The notes under the pieces were generated by a model that was given only the letters and a program-made list of their open reading frames with translations, did not search any database and had not been told where the DNA came from. From contig CALRCK010000001.1 of the NCBI GenBank assembly GCA_943354605.1, forward strand, positions 148,936-212,935: a stretch of 64,000 nt of DNA. The letters are read 5' to 3'. This document shows positions 8,777 through 19,447 of the stretch, one piece after another; the first letter of the stretch is position 1; every line of letters starts with the position of its first letter. The position numbers and the translations under genes are program-made. The stretch comes from Candidatus Uhrbacteria bacterium. GTDB lineage: Bacteria > Patescibacteriota > Patescibacteriia > UBA9934.

Positions 8777-11382
8777 AGCTGAACCGCGACAATCTGCCGC
8801 AGTACGATGACGCTCTTCCTGAGCGATTTTCTGATATTCAACGGAACGACGACGCAAAGAAACTCCACATTCATCAGGGTGTGGGGGAGCCTTCGCCGTA
8901 TATTGTGAAACTTTCTCGCGACGACGCAGCTTTGCGTGCACCAATGAGCGTTGCGGAGGAAATTGAGGCACTTGCAAAGAGCTTGATTATCGATGGAGAT
9001 GATGAGCAGATTTCATTGGAATCGAACCAGGAACATGAGGATCTCGGCATCGATTTTGCGGACATTTCGGGACAACTTCGAGAGTTCGACACGGTCATGC
9101 CACGATCCGAAGCTCCACGAGTAAAACAGACCGCTGCAAAATCTGTTGCGCCGAGCATTTCTTTGGACGATGCGCTTGCGGCATTCATCGAGTCTCCAGT
9201 ATCACTTGAGGCTTTGGTGCCAATAACACCAGTTGTCGAGGAGGCGCCGCTCGAATCCATCGCGCAAGAGCAATTCACCCCTGATGCGCCATCGTCGCCG
9301 TGGGTTGTGACATCGCCGATGGTGGTTCGCGAGGCGCGCCAAGCGTATCATGCACCGTCGTCCACCATGCGGAAGGTGTTGCGTTTTGAATGGGGCTTCT
9401 TGCAACATGCGCCGGTTCGGGCGCTTGCGGCCTTCGTGATGCTGTCGTTTGTGGTGGTGTTGCCGCTGCACGCAATGCAGACGCTTTCCGGCACCGCACA
9501 TCAGGTGGGAGCCGTAAAAGATATCGGTATTGCGGCATTGGATGACGTTTCACGCGCAACATCGGCATTGAGCGCCCGCGACTTTGGCGCGGCGCAAACT
9601 GATTTCTCGGCCGCAGCAGAGAAGTTCGCGAATGCGCAGGACTCGTTGAACGATTTACATGCCGGCGTTGTGGCAATGGTGAACGTTATCCCGCAGACGG
9701 ACCGAACATACGAATCGGTGCGTGGTTTGGTGACGGCTGGTCAGGAGTTGTCACAAACGGCTTCCATTATGACGCAGGCGGGAAGCGGAATTACGTCGCA
9801 GTCTTCAACGGACGTTGTCACAAAACTCAATCTTCTTGGAGCGTATATCGAGAACGCCCTTCCGCATGCATTGGCTGCACAGGCGGCGCTCGCAAAAGTG
9901 GATTCGGCGGTTGTTCCGGCGCAATACACGGAAAAAATCGCAAAGCTTCAGTCGGAAACTCCAGCAATTGCCGCATCAATGCAGGAGTTCTTGAAGTTTG
10001 TGCATACCTTAACGTTCCTGCTTGGTGGCGAGAGCACAATGCGATACCTCGCGCTTTTCCAAAACAACACCGAGCTTCGGCCAACGGGCGGATTCGTGGG
10101 GAGCTTTGCGGAAGTAGACATGGACAACGGTGCTATTGCAAACATGCGACTTCCTGGCGGTGGAACATACGACGTCCAAGGCCAGCTCGACGCGTTTGTG
10201 GCGGCGCCGCAGCCGCTGTCGTTGATTAATCCTCGATGGGAGTTCCAGGACGGAAATTGGTTCCCGGATTTCCCAACGTCTGCAAAAAAGATGCAGTGGT
10301 TTTACGAGCATGCGGGTGGACCAACCACGGACGGTGTCGTGTCGGTGAACGCGACATTCATTGAAAAGCTCCTCGATATTGTTGGGCCGATTGAGATGCC
10401 AGAGTACGGGCTCACGATTGATTCTGAGAATTTCCTCTTTGCAACAGAGAAGGCAGTTGAGGTTGATGCAGATAAAACAAAGAACACCCCAAAGGCGATT
10501 CTTGGCGACATGGCACCGAAACTCATCGAAAGGATGAAGACTGCCGATGCAAAGGAACTGGTGAAGATTGTGATGTTGATCGAGCAAGGGCTGATTGAGC
10601 GAGATATTCAGGTGTATTTCCGAGATAACGACGCGCAGAAGGCAATGCAGGACTTGGGTTTTACCGGAAATGTTGAACAGACAGCGGGTGACTACCTGAT
10701 GGTTGTTGATACGAATGTTGGCGGCGGCAAAACCGACGCGGTGATCGATCAGGCGGTGAATGTTGACGTGAATATTTCCGAATCCGGAACTATTGTGGAC
10801 GACCTTACGCTGACAAAAACGCATCATGGCATGGCGAACGCGTTGTTCAGTGGAAAGAATAACGTTGATTATGTGCGGTTTTACGTGCCGGAGGGAAGCG
10901 TGTTGCTTTCTGCGGATGGATTTGAGCCGCCAGCGAAGAGCCTTTTTGAGCCGTCGGATGTGCCGTTGAACATGGACGACGACCTTTCGATTGTGATGAG
11001 CGGCCAAACGCGCGATGCAATTTCTGGCATGGATATTTGGAATGAGTTTGGAAAGACGGTGTTTGGCGGTTGGGTACAGACGGCGCCGGGCGAAACACAA
11101 GTTATTCATGTGTCGTACCGTATTCCGCAAGTGCTCTTCTCCGCCGATTCGGACACATCGTTCTTTGCTCGCGTGCGTCGGCAGCTCGGATTCGACAATC
11201 ATGACGGGTATTCAATGCTTGCTCAGAAGCAGTCTGGCGTCGTGTCTCGAACAACAACGGTGCATCTAAATTATCCATCGACGTTCAAGACGTATTGGAC
11301 GAATGTTGCTGCGGAAGACACGGATACGGCAACGTTCGATAACCTACGCGATGCATTCTCTGGTTGGATTTTGCATCGGTAA
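8773..11382 (+). CDS. DUF4012 domain membrane-anchored protein
   Basis: YLALFQNNTELRPTGGF.GS, N..PDFPTSA, N.GGGK.D, Y.R.YVP.GS. Confidence 0.85.
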   Translation: MKLNRDNLPQYDDALPERFSDIQRNDDAKKLHIHQGVGEPSPYIVKLSRDDAALRAPMSVAEEIEALAKSLIIDGDDEQISLESNQEHEDLGIDFADISGQLREFDTVMPRSEAPRVKQTAAKSVAPSISLDDALAAFIESPVSLEALVPITPVVEEAPLESIAQEQFTPDAPSSPWVVTSPMVVREARQAYHAPSSTMRKVLRFEWGFLQHAPVRALAAFVMLSFVVVLPLHAMQTLSGTAHQVGAVKDIGIAALDDVSRATSALSARDFGAAQTDFSAAAEKFANAQDSLNDLHAGVVAMVNVIPQTDRTYESVRGLVTAGQELSQTASIMTQAGSGITSQSSTDVVTKLNLLGAYIENALPHALAAQAALAKVDSAVVPAQYTEKIAKLQSETPAIAASMQEFLKFVHTLTFLLGGESTMRYLALFQNNTELRPTGGFVGSFAEVDMDNGAIANMRLPGGGTYDVQGQLDAFVAAPQPLSLINPRWEFQDGNWFPDFPTSAKKMQWFYEHAGGPTTDGVVSVNATFIEKLLDIVGPIEMPEYGLTIDSENFLFATEKAVEVDADKTKNTPKAILGDMAPKLIERMKTADAKELVKIVMLIEQGLIERDIQVYFRDNDAQKAMQDLGFTGNVEQTAGDYLMVVDTNVGGGKTDAVIDQAVNVDVNISESGTIVDDLTLTKTHHGMANALFSGKNNVDYVRFYVPEGSVLLSADGFEPPAKSLFEPSDVPLNMDDDLSIVMSGQTRDAISGMDIWNEFGKTVFGGWVQTAPGETQVIHVSYRIPQVLFSADSDTSFFARVRRQLGFDNHDGYSMLAQKQSGVVSRTTTVHLNYPSTFKTYWTNVAAEDTDTATFDNLRDAFSGWILHR

Positions 11383-11385
11383 CCT

Positions 11386-13290
11386 ATGCTCACCAAACGC
11401 CGCCACACGCATCATGCGGAAGCTCGGAATCCAAAGCATTCCGCAGAGCAAATCGATGCCGATATTGACGCGGGTCTTTCGGCGATTTATGGCGACGATC
11501 GCGACGACTTAAAGATTGTGACGAAGGGTGGATCTCGACTCACGCGATTTTTGATTCGTGCGATCGTGCTCCTCACGGCGGCGTGTGCGCTGACGCTTGG
11601 TGGATATGTGGTGTATTCACGTTACTTCGGCCCAGAACAGCAAGGGAAGCCGCTTGCGATGTCGTTCGTTGCTCCAGACGAACTGCAGAGTGGTGCGAAA
11701 ACAACCATTGAGTTCGATTACGCAAATCAAACGTCGTACCCACTGACGAATGTAGAGATCGATATGAATCTTCCTGCCGGATTCGTGTTGCAGTCGTCGA
11801 CGCCGACCGTGACGAGCGCGGAAGACATGGTGTTCGATTTGGGGACGATCGCGGGAAAGAGCGACGGAAAAATTCTCATTGAGGGCATTTGGAATGCGGA
11901 TGTACCAAGCACCACGGGAATTCAGGCACTTGCGGCCTATCAGCCGGCGAATTTTAACGCACAGTTTCATGACATTGTGACGAAAACGATCGCGACGAAC
12001 ACGAGCACGACCGTGATCATCATCGACGCTCCGGAAACAGCGAATGTTGGAGAAACCGTGACGTACACTGTCCACGTGCAAAACGCGGGATCGGAAACAT
12101 TGGTCGCTCCGCAAGTAAAATTGACGCTGCCGACGGGATTCTTTGTGCAAACCAGTGTGCCACCATTGGCTGCCGGCGGGGCGTCAACCTACACGCTTCC
12201 GGATATTCCACCGTCTACACCAACGACAGATTCGGTGGCGAGCGATCCGACGGCTGTTCCCGCGCCGGCTGCTCTTGGAGAGTCCACAATTGTGGTGGTC
12301 GGTGCGTTTGCGTCTGATGCCTCTGGAACACAAACGCTTACGGCGGTGAGTGGTATTGCTGGGTCTCGGTTTTCTCCACAAACCACAACAACAGCGCTGA
12401 CGGACGTGAAGGGGAGCGCGCTGTCGCTCTTGATGGTTGGGAATGGATCACCGGGTACGGTTGTTGCTGATCCAGGCTCGTTATTCCGGATTGCGCTTCG
12501 TATTGAGAATACGAGTGATGCCGCGATTACCGACGCAACAGCGCTTCTCGATTTTACCGCCGAAGATAATTTACCGATTGATTGGAGTACTGCGGTACTT
12601 GCTGGAGGAAAAATTACTGCGAAAGGTGTTGCTTTTGACGCAAAATCTCTTGGGAGTATTGCTGCTGGGGATCATAAAACACTCGATCTTGCGTTTCCGC
12701 TGAAAGTGGATCTTTCTGCGGTAAGCAGTAGTTTTTCTGTTGCGTTTCGTGCAACGCGCGGTGCAATAACCGTCCAGGCGTCGCCGTTAACCGTCCAGTT
12801 GAATTCCGATGCGGCGGTGTTGAGCGCTTTGCGATATTTTGACGATGATGGTGCACCGCTCGGAAGTGGTCCGTTGCCGCCAGTGGTTGGAAGCACAACA
12901 CATTATCGGGCAACGTGGACGATTGCGAGTGGGTTGCATGGATTAGATGATATTACGGTTTCCGCCACACTTCCTGAAGGCGTAGTGTGGGACGATTTCT
13001 CCACGGCAACGAGCGGATCGATGTCGTACGACTCGGGAACCCGAACGGTTCGTTGGACGATGTCGAGTATTCCATCCGGATCTGCGGCAGTGACGGCGCG
13101 ATTCAGTGTATCGATCACCCCAACGGTCGCCGATGTTGGTCTTGCAAAGACGTTGGTTGGAAAGACGGTACTGAACGCAAAAGACGATATAACAGGATCG
13201 GTCCTCGAACGATCCGCTGATGCTGTGACCACCGAATGCGAAGGTGATGTGTTGGCAACGGGGAAGGGAGCAGTAAAGGCGGGGGTGTAA
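11386..13290 (+). CDS. Membrane-anchored surface protein with Ig-like beta domains
   Basis: N-terminal TM helix, Thr/Ser-rich beta strands, GSGPLPP.VG..T.Y motif. Confidence 0.7.
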   Translation: MLTKRRHTHHAEARNPKHSAEQIDADIDAGLSAIYGDDRDDLKIVTKGGSRLTRFLIRAIVLLTAACALTLGGYVVYSRYFGPEQQGKPLAMSFVAPDELQSGAKTTIEFDYANQTSYPLTNVEIDMNLPAGFVLQSSTPTVTSAEDMVFDLGTIAGKSDGKILIEGIWNADVPSTTGIQALAAYQPANFNAQFHDIVTKTIATNTSTTVIIIDAPETANVGETVTYTVHVQNAGSETLVAPQVKLTLPTGFFVQTSVPPLAAGGASTYTLPDIPPSTPTTDSVASDPTAVPAPAALGESTIVVVGAFASDASGTQTLTAVSGIAGSRFSPQTTTTALTDVKGSALSLLMVGNGSPGTVVADPGSLFRIALRIENTSDAAITDATALLDFTAEDNLPIDWSTAVLAGGKITAKGVAFDAKSLGSIAAGDHKTLDLAFPLKVDLSAVSSSFSVAFRATRGAITVQASPLTVQLNSDAAVLSALRYFDDDGAPLGSGPLPPVVGSTTHYRATWTIASGLHGLDDITVSATLPEGVVWDDFSTATSGSMSYDSGTRTVRWTMSSIPSGSAAVTARFSVSITPTVADVGLAKTLVGKTVLNAKDDITGSVLERSADAVTTECEGDVLATGKGAVKAGV

Positions 13291-13387
13291 CCGAAGTGAT
13301 CTGATCTTGGACAGGTTGTGACAGGGGAGAGCAAAAATGTTGTGGGAAGTGTACGCGTATGGTGTGTGTTTTTTTGGTTCCTGCAAG

Positions 13388-13465
13388 TGTAAAGAGGTCT
13401 TTACATACCCTTCTCCACTTTTATTGGGCTTTTTGATCAGAAAAGTGTAAAGACCTCTTTACACT
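13388..13465. repeat. REP-like palindrome doublet TGTAAAGA(GG/CC)TCTTTACA
   Basis: Copies at 13388-13405 and 13444-13465, inverted relative to each other. Confidence 0.7.
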
Positions 13466-13539
13466 CGCAGATGAGGAATATGAGCACGCCCCGCCGCCGA
13501 TGATTCTGCTTTTTCGTTCCACTCACATTTTTCAAAGGA

Positions 13540-14694
13540 TCAGTGTTTTGTTGCGATCTCTCGCAGCGTTTGGAGGATAATCGATCCGGTCTTTTCCCAG
13601 GAAAACTGTTGTGCGCGTTCCGTGCCTCGAGCCCTGAGGATGCCTTGGAGCTTTGGACCGTGAGGTTCGTCGAGAAGTTGATGGAGCGCTTGGACAATGT
13701 CGGTGATATTGAGGGGATCAACGTAGAGCGCGGCGTTGCCGGCAACATCGGGAAGCGAAGATGTGATGCTCGTCATGACCGGAGTTCCGCATGCCATTGC
13801 CTCAAGAACAGGCAGGCCGAAGCCTTCGTAGAATGAGGGGAAGAGGAGTGTTTTTGCACCCCGGATCAGTGCAGCTTTATGCTTTTCCGGAACGTACGCT
13901 ACTTCGCGAATGTCGTCGCGATATGCTGACGCGGCAAGTGCGGCGTCGATGTGTCGCGTTTTCCATCCTTTTGCGCCGGCAAGCACGAGTGGGATTGCTT
14001 TTCCACCATGGTCGCGGAACATGGTGTATGCCGTAATGACACTGTCGATATTTTTTCGCGGTTCGCGAGTGGCGAGGGCAAGAAGATATGGCTGGTTTAG
14101 ATCGTATGCCGCTCGGTACGATTTATCCGACGGCTGTTCGCGTGGGCCGTACACGCTGTGATCAACACCAAGGTTGGCAACGGTGACTCGATCTGGGAGG
14201 ACGTTATAGTACTCAATAGCGTCGTTTTTACTGTGTTCTGAGACTGCGATGACGCGCTTCGCTTCCCGAAACACGCGGCTTTCATTCGTCACCAGAGCGC
14301 GAAGATGGTCTTTGAGCGTGAAAAAGTTTGGAACCGTGCGCAGTGTCGCGTCGTGGAAGATGACGGCGTACGGAAGTGTTGTTTTCAAAAGATGTGCATT
14401 TGGAAAGAGCCAAACGTCCGGAGTTTGTGGGAGGAACCGTTCCATGGTTGGCCCATGGGGAATCGCCCAAAGCGCGCTGGCGATTTTGTTTGGGATGGTC
14501 ACCGGCGAGAGGACAATATTTGGCTCCCGAAACGCCGGAAGGTTCATGAGTGTTTCTTCTGTTCCGGTCGCAAAAAGCAGAAACGTATCATTTGGGGCTT
14601 GCGCGGCCATGGTTCGCACGAGTGACTCTGTCACAATGCCCACTCCAGTTTTGTGGGGCGCAGTCAGTGATCGAATGTCTATAGCGAACTTCAT
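13540..14694 (-). CDS. Glycosyltransferase family 4
   Basis: EPRKN, FPSFYEGFGLPVLEAMACG. Confidence 0.92.
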   Translation of the reverse strand: MKFAIDIRSLTAPHKTGVGIVTESLVRTMAAQAPNDTFLLFATGTEETLMNLPAFREPNIVLSPVTIPNKIASALWAIPHGPTMERFLPQTPDVWLFPNAHLLKTTLPYAVIFHDATLRTVPNFFTLKDHLRALVTNESRVFREAKRVIAVSEHSKNDAIEYYNVLPDRVTVANLGVDHSVYGPREQPSDKSYRAAYDLNQPYLLALATREPRKNIDSVITAYTMFRDHGGKAIPLVLAGAKGWKTRHIDAALAASAYRDDIREVAYVPEKHKAALIRGAKTLLFPSFYEGFGLPVLEAMACGTPVMTSITSSLPDVAGNAALYVDPLNITDIVQALHQLLDEPHGPKLQGILRARGTERAQQFSWEKTGSIILQTLREIATKH

Positions 14695-15797
14695 GATCGG
14701 CTCGCGTTTTTTTCTTCCCAGGTTTTTGTGACGGCGTCGTGCATGGCTTTCCGGAAATTCGAGAGTGAGAACTGCTCCGCGTACGCTTTAATCGCCGAAG
14801 GATTGAATGTGCTCTCCTTAAAATGCAGAACCGTGTCTGCAAGCGCTTCCCAACTTTGCTCTTCAAAGAATGTTCCGGTAACGCCTTCAACCACCGTTTC
14901 GGTTGCACCACCTTTGTTGAAGGCAATCACCGGACGGCCGGCAGCCATGGATTCCACGGCGGTCATTCCAAAATCTTCTTCATGCGGATGAATGAATGCG
15001 ATCGCATTTGCAAAAAGCCGTGCGCGTTCGTCGTCGGTGATGCGTCCAACAAACGTAATATTCTCGTTTGCCATGGCACGAAGATTCGCTTCTTCCGGGC
15101 CACTGCCAAAAACAACGAGCGGCATGCCGAGGCGATTGAATGCTTCAACGACGAGATCGTAGCGCTTGTACGATACAAGTCGGCCACCAATGAGAAATGC
15201 GGTTTTTGGTGCGGCGCTGATGGAAAATTCTTCCGTGTTTACTGGCGGGTGAATAACAATACTGTCCTTACCGTAATATTTTTTGATGCGCTGACGGACG
15301 GTTTCGGAATTCGCCACAAAAAGGTCCACGCGGTCTGCTGCGAGCTTATCCCAGCTTCGAAGAATGCTCTGGAGAATGGGAAGAAACGCCTTGACGAATC
15401 CCGGAGCGCGAAGTTCGTCTACATAACTTGTTGCGTCGCTCCACAGGTACCGCGTCGGTGTATGGCAGTAGCAAACGTGAATGGCCTTCGCATTCGTCAC
15501 AACACCCTTCGCAAAACTGCTCGCGCTGGAAACAACAACGTCGTACTCATTCAGCGGATAGTGTTCGGTGGCAACCGGCATGAGGGGCAGGAGCCAACGC
15601 ATTCGCCGAATCGCGCCAGGGATTTTTTGAAGAAACGACGTGCGAATATCTTTGTGGCCAAAGACGGGGTCCATTGCGGATGCGTCGTAGAGAAGGGTGT
15701 ATGTTGGTGCAAGTGGCCAAAGGCTTTGCAGCACCTCAAGGACCCGCTCCGCTCCACCAAGTTGCGTCAGATGATCGTGGACAAGAGCAACCCGCAT
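14691..15797 (-). CDS. Glycosyltransferase family 4
   Basis: ALVHD.L...GGAE, YCHTPTRYLW, EDFGM..VESMA.G.PVIA. Confidence 0.92.
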   Translation of the reverse strand: MRVALVHDHLTQLGGAERVLEVLQSLWPLAPTYTLLYDASAMDPVFGHKDIRTSFLQKIPGAIRRMRWLLPLMPVATEHYPLNEYDVVVSSASSFAKGVVTNAKAIHVCYCHTPTRYLWSDATSYVDELRAPGFVKAFLPILQSILRSWDKLAADRVDLFVANSETVRQRIKKYYGKDSIVIHPPVNTEEFSISAAPKTAFLIGGRLVSYKRYDLVVEAFNRLGMPLVVFGSGPEEANLRAMANENITFVGRITDDERARLFANAIAFIHPHEEDFGMTAVESMAAGRPVIAFNKGGATETVVEGVTGTFFEEQSWEALADTVLHFKESTFNPSAIKAYAEQFSLSNFRKAMHDAVTKTWEEKNASRS

Positions 15798-15814
15798 AAT
15801 AATGCATCAAGAGG

Positions 15815-17215
15815 TTAGTAGGCGCCGCTTCGAAAAAGGACTGCCAGTGGAGTTTTCATAACGATCACCAGGTCCAGCCAGGGGCTCCAGTTCTCAATAT
15901 AGTACATATCTAGTCGGACTTCGTCGTCGAAGTCAAGCGATGCCCGGCCACTCACTTGAGCCATGCCGGTAATACCCGGTTTGATGGTGAGAACCTTGCG
16001 CTGGTGCGGTTTGTACATCGCAACCTCTTCTGGAAGGTGCGGACGGGGCCCCACAAGACTCATACTGCCCATGAGCACCGAATAAAACTGCGGAATTTCA
16101 TCTAAACTCCAATTGCGAATGAATTTGCCAACGCGGGTAACGCGGGGATCGTTCTGCAGCTTAAAGAGAGGCGTGCCTTCGCGTTCGTTGCCGTAGGTTT
16201 TGAGGAATTCAGGATCGGATCGGAGTGCGTGGGCGCCTTGGACCATCGATCGGAATTTCAAGAAGGAAAACTCTTTGCCGCTTTGGCCAACCCGAGGACG
16301 GGAAAAAAAGATCGATCCCGGGTTCTCGATGACGATGGCGAGCGCGATGAGAATTTGCAGTGGGAATGTGAGAATGATGAGTATAGTGGAAGCGATGATA
16401 TCGAAAATGCGCTTATAGATTGCGCCCCATCCGTCTAATGGAGTTTTCGGTACTTCGATGACCGGTTGTTCGGCGAATGTGTGCATGATTGGCCGAAGCG
16501 TGCTGCCGGCAAAGAGATCGGCGCTATACAGGAATGTGCAGTGTTCAATGTCGGTAAAGACTTTGATGGCGGTAACGTCAACGCGAGACGCATCAGGATC
16601 TGCAAGGACGATGGCGTCGAGTTCGTCGTTCTTTTTGAGCTCAAGGAGCCGCTCGCGGCTCTCCGAAGTGAATTGTGCAATGTGGGAAACCACGCGGTAG
16701 CCAACGCTTGGGTGGGTTTCGAAGAACCGCTTGAGTTCGTTTCCACTCTTTGTTTTCCCAATGATAACGACGGAATGGACGCCGATGCCGAATCGGCGAA
16801 GGGATCGCTGGAGCATTCGGAGAAGAATGCGAATGGTGAGCACGAAGACGATCGCCAAAATCCATGCGGCGAGCACGATGAATCGGGATTCGAAGAGCGC
16901 ACGGGAGAAGAAAGCAACGGCGAGAATAATCGCGATACTCGTGGAAACGCCAGTGACGACGCGGGTCATTTCGGACGCGATCCGACGCGGGTGAATAACG
17001 TACAGACCAGACATCGCAAAAATCGCCATGGTGATGAGCGCCATGGGGAGAATAACGCCGACGTATTGTTCGAACGACAGCGCGAAGAGAATCGGTTTGA
17101 TGGAGGTGAAAAGGGAGGTAAAGCGAAGGGAATATGCCGCCATTGCTGCAGAAACGAGTGCAAGATAATCGAGAGGGATGAGGAGTGACGCAAATGCTAA
17201 ATCTGCTCGCTTCAT
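15815..17215 (-). CDS. Polyprenyl-phosphate glycosylphosphotransferase (WcaJ/WbaP family)
   Basis: KRIFDI, KFRSM, DPRVTRVG.FIR..SLDE.PQ, G.MSLVGPRP, KPGITG.AQV. Confidence 0.92.
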   Translation of the reverse strand: MKRADLAFASLLIPLDYLALVSAAMAAYSLRFTSLFTSIKPILFALSFEQYVGVILPMALITMAIFAMSGLYVIHPRRIASEMTRVVTGVSTSIAIILAVAFFSRALFESRFIVLAAWILAIVFVLTIRILLRMLQRSLRRFGIGVHSVVIIGKTKSGNELKRFFETHPSVGYRVVSHIAQFTSESRERLLELKKNDELDAIVLADPDASRVDVTAIKVFTDIEHCTFLYSADLFAGSTLRPIMHTFAEQPVIEVPKTPLDGWGAIYKRIFDIIASTILIILTFPLQILIALAIVIENPGSIFFSRPRVGQSGKEFSFLKFRSMVQGAHALRSDPEFLKTYGNEREGTPLFKLQNDPRVTRVGKFIRNWSLDEIPQFYSVLMGSMSLVGPRPHLPEEVAMYKPHQRKVLTIKPGITGMAQVSGRASLDFDDEVRLDMYYIENWSPWLDLVIVMKTPLAVLFRSGAY

Positions 17216-17280
17216 ATGCGAGTAGTTTACACCAGAAACGAAAATCACGACCGTCTGGCCGTGATTCTCGATAATGCTTT

Positions 17281-17711
17281 CCGTTGGGGGATACTGGTAA
17301 GCCGAATTTTGTCATAGCGCGAATCTTCCACCACGAAGACTGTTGCCGGGACGATCATCTCTCTGTGCGAGCGACCAATCTTGCTCTTGCACCAGCGTGG
17401 GTTTGCCACACGTTCATGTTGCCATGACGTGAGCGATGAAGCATGTGCCTTGCGGCAACACACACCATCGCACTTTTCACTTTTGATCAGACCGAAGCCT
17501 GACTTGTATGGTCTCTGTGGTACTTTCCCTCGGTTTAAGCATCGTCATTCAGGGCGATGGTGCGCCGATTCTGAATCGTCATGCTGTATGCCGGGTCGCC
17601 GTTAGCGACACACTGTTTCGTCTGCGATTGCTCGCAAACGGGTGTTCGGACTTTCCTCTCTGCGCAGCCCCAGTGGAGCCACGCCGAGCGACCGCCTTAT
17701 ATCCCCAGCGG
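17281..17711 (-). ncRNA. rnpB: RNase P RNA
   Basis: On minus strand: GAGGAAAGTCCG, GGAAAGTACCACAGA, AGATGAT, ACAAAATTCGGCTTA and complementary P1 ends; boundaries approximate. Confidence 0.92.
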
Positions 17712-17846
17712 AAGGCAAGAATAGCAGAAAAAGACTGAAAAGTAAACTTGGCAAAATAAAGCTGTTTTTTTAAACGACAGACGGCGCCCCACGTTGAGGC
17801 GCCGCTGCGTAGTGTTCTCGAGCCGAAGCCCGGAACGAAGGTCACG

Positions 17847-18470
17847 TCACGGGAAGTTCGGCCACCACGTCTCGAAGGCGTTCGGAGCGTTGAAGGTCGC
17901 GGCGTTCGGGCGTTCGCGCTTGAGGCGCTCGGCGTAGGCCGCGGCGATCTCGATGCACTCGGCGGAGAGGCCACACTTCGAGGAGACGTGGCTCAGCGCC
18001 AAGTCTTTCACCTCGGGGACGAGGCTCGCCGTGCAGATCGTCAGCATCGCCTTCACCTTCTGGATCACCATCTCGGCCGCTTCGCTGGGGAAGCAGAGCG
18101 GGACGAGCTGTTCGGCGTTCTTCGTACCCTGACACACCTCTGTGCCCATCGCTGCCGCTTTTCGCCGAGCCTGGATGCTGCTCGCCGTGGGCTGGCGGGA
18201 GAGCCACATGCTGACCACGAGCAGGGCGAGCCGCTTGTCCTCCGGGAAGTCGGAGTTGCCGCACAGCTCACGGAGCTCCAAGACGGTGATGCTGTCGGGG
18301 AGCCGGTTCGGGAGAACCTGCTTCCGACGCGGGGCGGGCGACGGGGGGCCGCCCTTGAGCTTGCCGCTATTGCCCTTGGGCGTGGAGTCCGGCTCGCTGG
18401 CCCACCCTTTGTCGAGGGTGGCACGACGGCCGGTGCCGGAGGGTGAAGCGAAAGGGGAGTCGAAGAACAT
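17847..18470 (-). CDS. GC-rich orphan hypothetical protein
   Basis: 207-aa ORF; TTGACG-18-TATACT promoter and GAGG SD upstream. Confidence 0.6.
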   Translation of the reverse strand: MFFDSPFASPSGTGRRATLDKGWASEPDSTPKGNSGKLKGGPPSPAPRRKQVLPNRLPDSITVLELRELCGNSDFPEDKRLALLVVSMWLSRQPTASSIQARRKAAAMGTEVCQGTKNAEQLVPLCFPSEAAEMVIQKVKAMLTICTASLVPEVKDLALSHVSSKCGLSAECIEIAAAYAERLKRERPNAATFNAPNAFETWWPNFP

Positions 18471-18705
18471 GGAGAGACCTCTGTAGTGTCTGACGTGGGG
18501 TTGCCACCACCGGCGATTCCGGGGGAGCGGGGGAAAGTATATGCCACTTTTTTGGCAAACGTCAATAAATTTTCCTAAAAGTAGTGCGATAAAAATCGAA
18601 TCCCTCCGATCTACGCGTGAGATCGGAGGGTCCGTGGGTGCGGCGGCTGATGAGCCGCCGCACCGGGTTGTGGAGCCGAACGGCGAGCGAAGCTCGGTCG
18701 CCTGG

Positions 18706-19122
18706 TTAGTTCGTGTCCTCGTCGTCTTCCGGCGGCCGAGGTTGGTTCTTCAGGCGGACCGGTTTCTCCTCGGCAGGACGCTTCTTGCGGATCTCACGAG
18801 CCTTGAGCTTCGGCGCCACGGCGTAGATGCTCCGCGCCTCGGCCATGACTTCGTCGATGATCTGGTGCGTGCCGTTGGGCAGCGCCTCCGGGCACTGCCC
18901 GATCGTGAGGATCACTTCCACGAGGCGACGGCGCGCGGCTTCGAGGGCCTTGCGCTGTTCACCGGGTTGCGTCCGCTGCTTCATGCTGCGGATGCGCTGA
19001 TGATGCGCGGTGGCACGACGCTCCAGCCGGGAGATGGGATCTGCCTTGGAGCTGTTCCCGCGCGGGATGCGGCGGACGTGGTGCTGCGGGTTGTGGCGAG
19101 GGGTGATGTTGACGAGGTTCAA
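18706..19122 (-). CDS. GC-rich basic orphan protein
   Basis: AGGAG SD before TTG start; terminator-like hairpin near 18600-18630. Confidence 0.55.
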   Translation of the reverse strand: MNLVNITPRHNPQHHVRRIPRGNSSKADPISRLERRATAHHQRIRSMKQRTQPGEQRKALEAARRRLVEVILTIGQCPEALPNGTHQIIDEVMAEARSIYAVAPKLKAREIRKKRPAEEKPVRLKNQPRPPEDDEDTN

Positions 19123-19227
19123 GAGCGTGCTCCTGGTTCGGTTTGCCTAACGCCGCCCCGGGATGGGAACGGTCGCGAAAGAGTGTCATACTTTTGAGGT
19201 TTCGTCAACGACAAAAACGTGTAGGGG

Positions 19228-19342
19228 TTTCTCATTTGTGACAATTTTCGGTGCGTATCAAGCAAATCTCGCGAGGCGTACTTTATGTGTACGTTGAGCG
19301 AGTTTGCGATGATGCAAGCCGAAAATTGGCCAAATGAGGAAG
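19228..19342. repeat. ~120-bp palindromic element, copy 1
   Basis: Core CGAGGCGTACTTTATGTGTACGTTGAGCGAG (19272-19302) with complementary arms CTCATTTG/CAAATGAG. Confidence 0.8.
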
Positions 19343-19447
19343 ACCGAACGAAAACCCCCAGGATCATCGATTTTCGATAACCCTGGGGGTCGGTCGAGGC
19401 GTTTCGTCGCCTCGACCCGTTGCGAGCCGCACTGGAACGTACCGAAC

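Noticed and set aside
17600-17711. tmRNA suggested by GGGGCTG on the minus strand
   Set aside because: Followed by GAGGAAAGTCC and other RNase P signatures; no tRNA-like 3' end.
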